Origin: Acidobacteriota bacterium
Lineage (GTDB): Bacteria; Acidobacteriota; Terriglobia; Bryobacterales; Bryobacteraceae
Assembly (NCBI GenBank): GCA_016871135.1
Contig: VFZQ01000001.1
Span: 1 to 34,612 of the forward strand
DNA: 34,612 nt
Reading direction: 5' to 3'
Shown: in pieces, positions 16,214 to 23,806 of the stretch
Numbering within the stretch: the first letter of the stretch is position 1
Layout of the letters: each line of letters starts with the position of its first letter
The notes under the pieces: model-generated
Database searches by the model: none
What the model saw: the letters and a program-made list of their open reading frames with translations, nothing else
What the model was told of the DNA's origin: nothing
Program-made: the position numbers and the translations under genes

Positions 16214-18766
16214 TTACTTACCCACACCCGCCGCCCAGTTCAACAGCACCACCCGCGGCAACTCTTTTTCGCCGCCTTCCGGCTCCAACGTCAGAAACTT
16301 GTTTCCGTCGCGTGAAGGCGATGCCTGGGGCCAGGCGCCGACGTTTGGAATGCGGAACAACATCTCGGGCTTTCCGGCCTTCACGGCGGCGTCTTGCAAC
16401 TCCATACTGGCCGCCCATACTTCGCCGCTCGCCGTCACCCAGTACAACTCCTTCCCGTCGGCCCGCCAAGCGGGTTGTGCCCCTCCCGCCGAGGACACCA
16501 GCCATTTGCCGCGTTTTTCGGGGAATCCCTGCACGTAGATCTCTCGTCTGCCCGTTTCTTCCGCTGAGTACGCCACCCATCTCCCATCCGGCGAATACGT
16601 GGGAAAGCCTTCTTGTGTCCGCGTGGCGCTGAGGTACACCTCTGGCTTCGCTTCGCCAGTTAGCGGCTGTATCAGAATGTCGCCCGTTGTGTGGAGCAGG
16701 TACTTGCCGTCCGGGGAAATGTCATTCGGTAGGTTAACCGAGTTCGCATTCGTGACGAGCGCCTCCTCACCGGTCCCGTCGCTGGCCTTGCGCCGGATCC
16801 CTCTCTGGGTTGCGTAGTAGACAGATTTGCCGTCCGGCGACCAAATCGGCCGGTAGCCTTCGTTGAAGCTCAACCGCGTGCTGATGCCGCGTGCCATATC
16901 CATCGTCCAAACGTCGAGCTGTCCTTGCTCCCTTGCGATTGCGTAAGCGACGCGGCCTTTGTCATCGCACAAGTCGAACCCGGTGGTGCTGATCCGCGCG
17001 GCGAGGCCAGCCGTGGCAAGTATTTTTCCACTCCTGTCCCGCCACGCGAAGCGGTACATACTGCCTCCATCGCCTCGGCCATACGCCACCGATCCGCCAG
17101 CTACGGAGAACTCGGCAAAGCCATTCGTCACCCTCGCGCGAACGTCTTCGGCGATCACCATCGGATCGCCTACCAGTCTCGGCGGATCCAATTCCATGGA
17201 TCGCGCCATTAACGTAGCCTCCCCCTGCACGTAGAACAAGCGGCCGGACACGCCATCATACTCGGCCTTGTAATTAGATGGCAGGACTTGGACAACCGGC
17301 CCCCCGTCTAGCGACCCGACAAACACACCCGCCTTTTGGGAATCCGCACCCCGGACCAAGTACAGGAATCGCTTTCCGCCCGGCAGGAAATGCGGATAGT
17401 AGTGCGCCGTTTCACCGTCCTTGGTATTCAGTTGCGTTACCGGCGTCGGCGTGCCTCCCGAGGCCGAAATCCGTTGAAGCGGCGAAGCCTGATCGCCGAA
17501 CAGGATAACGCCGTCTTTGTTCCATGTGCCGCCCCGCGGTTGGCGCACATCGCAGAGCGTGATCGACGCACCGCCCGCCAAATCGATCCGCTTCAGCTTC
17601 CCGCCCGCCACAAATCCCAACGACTTCCCGTCCGGCGACCAGAACGGCCTCCCCGCGCCATCGGTACCCGGCAACTCCCGCGCGGTCAAACTGTCGAGCG
17701 GCCGCACGTGTAGCAGATCGGCGCCTTTGGCGTTCATGGCGACAAACGCCAGCGTTCGCCCGTCCGGCGAAATCGCCGACCCGCCGGCATTGTTGATCAA
17801 TGCGAAGCGCGTATCGGCCGGCGGCAGAAGCTCAACCGCCACCGGAAGCGGCGGCGCGCTCGGTTTCAAGACCCACGCGCCGACACCCGCGACCGCTGTC
17901 AAAGCCGCCACCGCCCACGGCAGCCAACTCGACTTCGATGCGACCACCGGCTTCGGCTTCTCTTCCGGCGCATACCGCTCAATCGCAATCCGCGCCTCGC
18001 CGATATGCGCCAGCCGCGTCTTCAAGTTGCGATCTAAACACCGCTCCAACAACGGGCGCAGCGGCAGGCCACTCACGTCGATAGGCGCTCGCACCACATC
18101 GGCCAGCGTGTGCGTCACCGTCTCGCCATCAAACAGCCGCTTGCCGGTGAGTAGTTCGTACAGCACCACGCCAAACGACCAGATATCCGCCCGCCGATCG
18201 ACATTCTTCCCCGCCGCCTGCTCCGGCGACATATACCCCGCCGTGCCCAAAATCAGTCCCGCCTCGGTCGCCCGCAAAGTGAGCGTCGGCGAGTCGGGGC
18301 CCGTGACAACGGGCCGCTCGTTCACCGCTTTCGCCAGCCCAAAATCCAAAACCTTCACAACGCCCTCGGGCGTCAGCTTAATATTCCCCGGCTTCAAGTC
18401 GCGATGAATGATGCCCTTGTCGTGCGCCGCCTCCAACGCCTCGGCGATCTGACGAGCAATCGGCAGAACCTCGTCCAGCGGCATCGGCCCCTTAAGAGTC
18501 GATCCCTCAACCAACTCCATCACAATCGCGTTCGCTTCAACCCCGTAAATCGTCGCGATATGCGGATGATTCAACGCAGCCAGCGTCTGCGCCTCACGCT
18601 GAAACCACGCGATGTAATCGGCATCATGCGCCAGCGCCGGCGGCAACACCTTAATCGCAACTTCGCGATTGAGTTTCTCATCCACCGCCCGATACACCGC
18701 GCCCATCCCACCTTCACCAAGCTTGCCGGTGATGCGATAGTGCGCGATCTGTGTCGGGGCGCTCAT
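16214..18766 (-). CDS. Ser/Thr protein kinase + TM + TolB-like (PD40/WD40-like) beta-propeller sensor, paralog 1
   Basis: Kinase motifs GEGGMGAVYRA, VAIKVL, HRDLKPGNIKL, DFGLAK, SPEQ. TM segment WLPWAVAALTAVAGVGAWVL. PD40-type repeats follow (ISPDGRTLAF, WSPDGKSLGF, WSPDGKSVYY, YSPDGRWVAY). Confidence 0.9.
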   Translation of the reverse strand: MSAPTQIAHYRITGKLGEGGMGAVYRAVDEKLNREVAIKVLPPALAHDADYIAWFQREAQTLAALNHPHIATIYGVEANAIVMELVEGSTLKGPMPLDEVLPIARQIAEALEAAHDKGIIHRDLKPGNIKLTPEGVVKVLDFGLAKAVNERPVVTGPDSPTLTLRATEAGLILGTAGYMSPEQAAGKNVDRRADIWSFGVVLYELLTGKRLFDGETVTHTLADVVRAPIDVSGLPLRPLLERCLDRNLKTRLAHIGEARIAIERYAPEEKPKPVVASKSSWLPWAVAALTAVAGVGAWVLKPSAPPLPVAVELLPPADTRFALINNAGGSAISPDGRTLAFVAMNAKGADLLHVRPLDSLTARELPGTDGAGRPFWSPDGKSLGFVAGGKLKRIDLAGGASITLCDVRQPRGGTWNKDGVILFGDQASPLQRISASGGTPTPVTQLNTKDGETAHYYPHFLPGGKRFLYLVRGADSQKAGVFVGSLDGGPVVQVLPSNYKAEYDGVSGRLFYVQGEATLMARSMELDPPRLVGDPMVIAEDVRARVTNGFAEFSVAGGSVAYGRGDGGSMYRFAWRDRSGKILATAGLAARISTTGFDLCDDKGRVAYAIAREQGQLDVWTMDMARGISTRLSFNEGYRPIWSPDGKSVYYATQRGIRRKASDGTGEEALVTNANSVNLPNDISPDGKYLLHTTGDILIQPLTGEAKPEVYLSATRTQEGFPTYSPDGRWVAYSAEETGRREIYVQGFPEKRGKWLVSSAGGAQPAWRADGKELYWVTASGEVWAASMELQDAAVKAGKPEMLFRIPNVGAWPQASPSRDGNKFLTLEPEGGEKELPRVVLLNWAAGVGK

Positions 18767-18810
18767 GGGACCGGCCTATTCTATCAAGCGAGAGGATGTA
18801 CAATCTGGAT

Positions 18811-19053
18811 ATGGAATCGGTCGTGGTCCGCGATCCCGAAGTCATGTCCGGCGAGCCCGTGTTTCGCGGCACGCGGGTGCTCGTGCAAACGCTATTCGAC
18901 TATATCGAGTCCGGTCATAGCGTGGATCGCTTTCTGGAAGGCTTTCCGACAGTAACAAGGGAAGCCGCAATGCACGCCATTGAGGAAGCCATGGAAGCTT
19001 TGTACGCAGAGGCTCGAAAGCCGCAGAAACGGCGGGATTCGACGTTCTCGTGA
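18811..19053 (+). CDS. DUF433-family small protein (antitoxin-like)
   Basis: DPEVMSGEPVFRGTRVLVQTLFDYIESGHSVDRFLEGFPTVTREAAMHAIE matches the DUF433 pattern (..GG.P.I.GTR......L......G.s...i...yP.lt.e.v..Al). I prefer ATG 18811 as the start. The ORF-track start at 18751 lies inside the kinase gene. Confidence 0.75.
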   Translation: MESVVVRDPEVMSGEPVFRGTRVLVQTLFDYIESGHSVDRFLEGFPTVTREAAMHAIEEAMEALYAEARKPQKRRDSTFS

Positions 19054-19226
19054 CCGTCGACAAGAATCTTCCGTATCAGCAGAATCTCTCGGGCCGCACG
19101 CTCGCCGTCGTGATTCTCGAAGCGCGTTCGACCACACTGGAGGAACTATTGAAGCTCATGCCAGACGTGCTGGCGGCGGTGCCGAAACTGAAACGGGGGC
19201 AGGTGCTTCGCATGCAAGCTACTTGA
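19011..19226 (+). pseudogene. C-terminal remnant of a PIN-like (DUF5615-type) toxin partner of DUF433; no start codon, N-terminal half missing
   Basis: The frame with codons starting at 19011 reads GSKAAETAGFDVLVTVDKNLPYQQNLSGRTLAVVILEARSTTLEELLKLMPDVLAAVPKLKRGQVLRMQAT*. This resembles the C-terminal half of the small PIN-like proteins that normally follow DUF433 genes. An in-frame stop lies just upstream (TGA 18981-18983) and there is no ATG. The family assignment is from memory. Confidence 0.45.
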
Positions 19227-21783
19227 ACCGCGCCGTCAAATTGCGGATAACAACCATTGGGTAATCCTTCGCCGCCTCGGCCGCTTCAGGCTCGACAAAA
19301 AGGAACCGCCGGCCATCTGGCGAAGGGCCAACAAAGTAAGAACCCGGCAATGAGAACAACTTCTCCGGCCTGCCGGCGCGGACCGCCGAAGCTTGCGGCT
19401 CGACCCTCGCCGCGACGACACCTTGATCCGTCGGAGCCCACCAGAACAACTCCTTTCCGTCGCCGCGCCAGCGTGGAGAGCTTCCGCTCTCCGAAGAGAT
19501 CTGCCATTCGCCACGCTCCTCTGGAAAGCCGCGCACATATATCTCGCTGCGGCCGGATTCAGCCGACGAATAGGCTAGCCAGCGGCCATCGGGTGAGAAC
19601 GTGTGCCAAAACTCGGGATGACTCATGTTCCTGTACTCGGTGTGCGTCCGCTCGCCTGTCAGCGGCAGCCGCCAATGTACCTTGCCGGCGGGGACAAGCA
19701 GCGATCCACCGTCTCGCGTTGGCGACAGCGTGCTGAATTGCGATGGGAGCGCCGGTCTCTTCCAAAGCAACTCGTCCTCTCCGGATCCGTCGGCCGCCCG
19801 CCGGTGAATCCCGGAACGGTTCCAATAGTAGATTTGTTTCCCGTCCGGCGACCAGGCCGGCGAGGAACCGCCACTAAAGGTCACACGAGTCGAGAGGCCC
19901 CGTACAAGGTCGAAGACCCATACGTCTGGGTCTACGCCATTCGAGAGACGCGATTGAACAAACCGACTGCCATCGGGTGACAAGAATCCGTTCGGCAGGG
20001 ACTCGACGGGGCCAACTTGCTCCAGCAGTTTCCCCGATCGGTCGCGCCAACCCAGACGGCCCCTAACGAGTGAGGCCTCTCTCCCGCGTCCATAAAACAA
20101 GTCCCCCGACGCCGACAGCGAGAACTCGGCATAGCCATTCATCGTCGCTGTGCGAATCTCCTCCGCCACCACAACCGGGTCTCCCGTTAACGCGGGCGGA
20201 TCGAAGTTCGAGCGGCGCGCCATCAGTGTGCCGGTGCCTTGCAGGTAGAACAGTCGCTGGCTGCTTGCATCGTGGGCCGCGTTATGCCCGCTATTCACGA
20301 GCCGAACCGGCGCTTGCCCATCCAATGTCGCCAAATAGATGCCGGACTTCTCCGGACTAGTCCGGTTGAGATTTAGAAAGAGGAATCGCTTCCCGCCCGG
20401 CAGGAACTGCGGGTAGTAGTGCGACTCGTTCTCGTCAAACGACTGGCTGCCGGTGACTGCGACCGGCGTGCCGCCAGAGGCTGCGATACGTTGAATTGCC
20501 TTGCCGAGTTGGCCAAACAGGATGACGCCCTCGGGGCTCCAGGCTCCACCGCGTGGCGCCGAACCGGCATCGCAAAGGGTAACGGGAGGGCCCCCGGCGA
20601 TATCGATCCGTTTGAGCTTGCCCTCGCCCACAAAACCGATCGACTTGCTGTCCGGCGACCAAAACGGCCGGCCGGCGCCTTGAGTTCCTGGTAGCGCTCG
20701 CGCCTCAATCGAGTCAATGGGCCTGACATAAAGCAGATCCTCTTGCTTCAAGTTGGCGCCGAAAAAGGCTAGCATCTTGCCATCGGGCGAGATCGCCGAG
20801 CCGCCCCTCGCGCCAATCGGCGCAAAACGGATGCCCGGCGGCGGGTTCACTTCAAATGCGATCGCTGCCGATGGTTGCGGTGATGGCCGTGTCACCCAAC
20901 CCGCCGCACCGATCAAAAAGCCAATCGCAGCCGCAGCCCAAGGCCAGTAGTTCGATTTCGCGACGGCCTTCGGTTCGGGCTTCGGCGAATAGTTCTCGAT
21001 CGCGATCCGCGCCTCGGAGATATGCGCCAGCCGATTCTTAAGTTTCCGATCCAAACACCGCGCGATCAACTCGCTCAGCGGAACGCCGGTCAGATCGATC
21101 TCCCGCGTCAACACATGCGCCAGCGTGTGAGAGACCGTTTCTCCGTCGAACAGCCGCCTGCCCGTCAGCAGTTCGTAGAGAACCACGCCGAACGACCAGA
21201 TGTCCGCGCGCCGATCGACCGTCTTTCCCGCCGCCTGCTCCGGCGACATGTAGCCCGCGGTGCCGAGAATCAGCCCGGCTTCCGTCGCCCGCATCGTCAA
21301 CGTCGGCGAGTCGGGGCCCGTGACAACAGGCCGCTCGTTCACCGCCTTCGCCAGCCCAAAATCCAGAACTTTCACAACGCCCTCGGGCGTCAGCTTGATA
21401 TTCCCCGGCTTCAAGTCGCGATGAATGATGCCCTTGTCGTGCGCGGCTTCCAGCGCCTCGGCAATCTGGCGCGCGATCGGCAGAACTTCGTCCAGCGGCA
21501 TCGGCCCTTTCAACGTCGAGCCTTCAACCAGCTCCATCACAATCGCGTTCGCTTCGATTCCGTAAATCGTCGCGATATGAGGATGATTCAACGCCGCCAG
21601 CGTCTGCGCCTCACGCTGAAAGCGGGCAATGTAATCGGCGTCATGCGCCAGCGCCGGCGGCAGCACCTTAATCGCCACTTCGCGATTCAACTTCTCATCG
21701 ACCGCCCGATACACCGCGCCCATCCCGCCTTCACCCAGCTTGCCGGTGATACGGTAATGTGCGATCTGGGTCGGGGCGCTCAT
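19219..21783 (-). CDS. Ser/Thr protein kinase + TM + TolB-like (PD40) beta-propeller sensor, paralog 2
   Basis: Same architecture as 16214..18766. The first 224 residues differ from paralog 1 at only 7 positions. TM segment WPWAAAAIGFLIGAAGWV. PD40 repeats (ISPDGKMLAF, WSPDSKSIGF, WSPDGKQIYY, FSPDGRWLAY). Confidence 0.9.
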   Translation of the reverse strand: MSAPTQIAHYRITGKLGEGGMGAVYRAVDEKLNREVAIKVLPPALAHDADYIARFQREAQTLAALNHPHIATIYGIEANAIVMELVEGSTLKGPMPLDEVLPIARQIAEALEAAHDKGIIHRDLKPGNIKLTPEGVVKVLDFGLAKAVNERPVVTGPDSPTLTMRATEAGLILGTAGYMSPEQAAGKTVDRRADIWSFGVVLYELLTGRRLFDGETVSHTLAHVLTREIDLTGVPLSELIARCLDRKLKNRLAHISEARIAIENYSPKPEPKAVAKSNYWPWAAAAIGFLIGAAGWVTRPSPQPSAAIAFEVNPPPGIRFAPIGARGGSAISPDGKMLAFFGANLKQEDLLYVRPIDSIEARALPGTQGAGRPFWSPDSKSIGFVGEGKLKRIDIAGGPPVTLCDAGSAPRGGAWSPEGVILFGQLGKAIQRIAASGGTPVAVTGSQSFDENESHYYPQFLPGGKRFLFLNLNRTSPEKSGIYLATLDGQAPVRLVNSGHNAAHDASSQRLFYLQGTGTLMARRSNFDPPALTGDPVVVAEEIRTATMNGYAEFSLSASGDLFYGRGREASLVRGRLGWRDRSGKLLEQVGPVESLPNGFLSPDGSRFVQSRLSNGVDPDVWVFDLVRGLSTRVTFSGGSSPAWSPDGKQIYYWNRSGIHRRAADGSGEDELLWKRPALPSQFSTLSPTRDGGSLLVPAGKVHWRLPLTGERTHTEYRNMSHPEFWHTFSPDGRWLAYSSAESGRSEIYVRGFPEERGEWQISSESGSSPRWRGDGKELFWWAPTDQGVVAARVEPQASAVRAGRPEKLFSLPGSYFVGPSPDGRRFLFVEPEAAEAAKDYPMVVIRNLTARFK

Positions 21784-21822
21784 TCTACGTTTTCATATTC
21801 TACACGTGATAATGAAGGTACC

Positions 21823-22065
21823 GTGCCGACCGTACTCCGCGTCGCGGGCTACCGATTTTTCTTCTTCAGCCTGGAAGGAACGGAGCCACCCCACATTCAC
21901 GTCGAGCAAGCCGAACGCTATGCGAAGTTCTGGCTGACGCCCGTTGCCCTGGTTCATAGCCGGGGCTTTCGCACGGACGAGATTTCCGAGATACTGGGCA
22001 TAGTTCGCGAGAACTGCAAACTCTTTCTGGAGCGATGGCATGAGCACTTCAACAGTCGTGGTTGA
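21823..22065 (+). CDS. DUF4160-family small protein
   Basis: VPTVLRVAGYRFFFFSLEGTEPPHIHVEQAERYAKFWL.PV.L....GF...E...I..IV.EN....LE.WHE.F is the DUF4160 signature. The GTG start at 21823 is preceded by GAAGG (21814-21818). The rest of the 347-aa ORF-track frame is antisense to the kinase gene. Confidence 0.75.
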   Translation: MPTVLRVAGYRFFFFSLEGTEPPHIHVEQAERYAKFWLTPVALVHSRGFRTDEISEILGIVRENCKLFLERWHEHFNSRG

Positions 22066-22282
22066 TTCGCTCGCGACCGGCGTCGAGATTACCGCCGACG
22101 CGCTGCGATTGATCCTCGCCGATGGCAGGGAAGTCACCGCGCCCCTGGCCTGGTTCCCGCGGTTGCTGGAAGCCACAATCGACCAGCGCAATCATTGGCG
22201 ATTGATCGGCGGCGGCGTTGGCGTTCACTGGCCCTCAATCGACGAAGACATCTCCGTCGCCAGCCTGCTCCGGACGAGTTAG
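22040..22282 (+). CDS. DUF2442-family small protein
   Basis: LRLILADGREVTAPLAWFPRLLEATIDQRNHWRLIGGGVGVHWPSIDEDISVASLL fits the DUF2442 pattern. It overlaps the DUF4160 gene by 26 nt, the usual paired arrangement. Confidence 0.75.
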   Translation: MSTSTVVVDSLATGVEITADALRLILADGREVTAPLAWFPRLLEATIDQRNHWRLIGGGVGVHWPSIDEDISVASLLRTS

Positions 22283-22331
22283 CACCCTAACCCTCTAGAC
22301 GCCCCGGCCCGCATCGGCGAAACTAGAAAAA

Positions 22332-23237
22332 GTGTCCCAAATCCTCGACGGAAAACGAATCCGTGACGAAATCCTCGCCGGCCTCGCGCCGCGCATCGCC
22401 GCCCTTCCCCGCAAGCCCGGCCTTGTAGTTGTCCTTGTCGGCGACAACCCGGCGAGCCAGGTCTACGTCGGCAGCAAAGTGAAAACCTGCCTCGAGCTTG
22501 GCATGCATTCGGAGAAAATCACTCCGCCGGCCGGCATCTCGACCGAAGCACTGCTCGACCTCATCGCCACGCTGAACGCGCGCGCCGAAATCGACGGCAT
22601 TCTCGTCCAAATGCCGCTGCCGAAACACATCGATTCCGAAAAGGTCCTCGACGCCATCGCGCCCGAAAAAGACGTCGACGGCTTTCATCCCGTCAACGTC
22701 GGCAACCTGTCGATCGGCCGGCCCGGCCCGCGGCCCTGTACGCCCAGCGGCGTGATGGAACTACTGAAGCGCTACGGTATCGAAACCGCCGGCAAACACG
22801 CGGTCGTCGTCGGCCGCAGCGATATCGTCGGCAAACCAATGGCGATGCTCCTTTTGCACGCCAACGCCACGGTCACGATCTGCCACTCGCGAACGAAAGA
22901 CCTGGAAGCCGAGTGCCGGCGCGCCGATATTCTGGTCGGTGCGATCGGCCGCCCGGCGATGCTGACCAAGGCGCACATGAAGCCGGGCGCTGTCATGATC
23001 GACGTCGGTATCAACGAATTGAAAGACCGCGCGCAAGTCGTCGCGATCTTCGGCGAAGACAGCGAAAAAACGAAAGCGTTCGACAAACGCGGCTCCGTGC
23101 TGGTCGGCGACATGCATCCTTATGATGCCGCCGAACTTTCGTCCTATTGGACGCCGGTGCCGGGCGGTGTCGGGCCATTGACGATCGCCCAACTCATGGC
23201 GAACACGGTAGAATCGGCCGAGCGCCGCCAGCGATGA
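22332..23237 (+). CDS. folD: bifunctional methylenetetrahydrofolate dehydrogenase / methenyltetrahydrofolate cyclohydrolase
   Basis: GDNPASQVYVGSKVKTC, ILVQMPLPKHID, KDVDGFHPVNVG, VVVGRSDIVGKPMAMLL and TPVPGGVGPLT are all canonical FolD blocks. GTG start. Confidence 0.95.
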   Translation: MSQILDGKRIRDEILAGLAPRIAALPRKPGLVVVLVGDNPASQVYVGSKVKTCLELGMHSEKITPPAGISTEALLDLIATLNARAEIDGILVQMPLPKHIDSEKVLDAIAPEKDVDGFHPVNVGNLSIGRPGPRPCTPSGVMELLKRYGIETAGKHAVVVGRSDIVGKPMAMLLLHANATVTICHSRTKDLEAECRRADILVGAIGRPAMLTKAHMKPGAVMIDVGINELKDRAQVVAIFGEDSEKTKAFDKRGSVLVGDMHPYDAAELSSYWTPVPGGVGPLTIAQLMANTVESAERRQR

Positions 23238-23806
23238 TCCTGCAGGTCGCACTCACCGGCGGCGTTGCGACCGGCAAGGGGTTTGTCGGCAGTGTGCTCG
23301 AAAAACTCGGCTGCTATCGCACCCAAGCCGATCGGCTAGGCCACGAAGCGCTCGAAACCAAAAAGGCCGAAGTCGAAGCGCTCTTCGGCACCAACGATCG
23401 CAAGGCCCTGGCCGCTATCGTCTTTAATGATCCGGAAAAGCTCGCGCGGCTCAACGCGATTGTGCACCCGGAGGTCGAGCGGCTCCGCCTGGCGAAGATC
23501 GTGGCCATCAAAGACCCTTCCGCCATCGTCATCTGCGAAGCGGCCATCTATTTCGAGACCGGCGCGCACAAGCGCTTCGACAAAACCATCCTGACCGTTT
23601 GCGGGCGCGAGTTGCAGATCGAACGCGCCATGGCCCGCTCCGGCTGGACCCGCCAGGAAGCCGAAGCGCGCATCGCCCGCCAATGGGACGATGAAACGAA
23701 ACGAAAACTCGCCGACTTCGTCATTGATACATCGGTTTCTTTCGAGGACACCGAGCGCCAAGCCATGGAAGTTTATAATCGTCTCAGAGAGTTCAGTCAG
23801 CAATGA
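23234..23806 (+). CDS. coaE: dephospho-CoA kinase (atypical Walker A GKG)
   Basis: The start ATG 23234 overlaps the folD stop (ATGA). LTGGVATGKG P-loop, ADRLGHEAL, DRKALAAIVFNDPEKLARLNAIVHPEV, IVICEAAIYFETG and RAMARSGWTRQEAEARIARQ follow the CoaE layout. Confidence 0.8.
   Translation: MILQVALTGGVATGKGFVGSVLEKLGCYRTQADRLGHEALETKKAEVEALFGTNDRKALAAIVFNDPEKLARLNAIVHPEVERLRLAKIVAIKDPSAIVICEAAIYFETGAHKRFDKTILTVCGRELQIERAMARSGWTRQEAEARIARQWDDETKRKLADFVIDTSVSFEDTERQAMEVYNRLREFSQQ

Noticed and set aside
16214-21783. The kinase head identity as a recent duplication, assembly artefact or fresh gene conversion.
   Set aside because: The two heads differ at roughly one nucleotide in ten in the stretches I aligned, and given only 7 protein differences these changes are almost entirely silent. 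The copies are therefore old and independently evolving. An older conversion tract cannot be excluded and is kept in the finding.
21022-21822. The first 267 codons of the 347-aa plus-strand ORF 21022..22065.
   Set aside because: This part is antisense to the kinase 2 catalytic domain and is Arg-rich. The DUF4160 signature begins exactly at GTG 21823, which has its own GAAGG ribosome-binding site.
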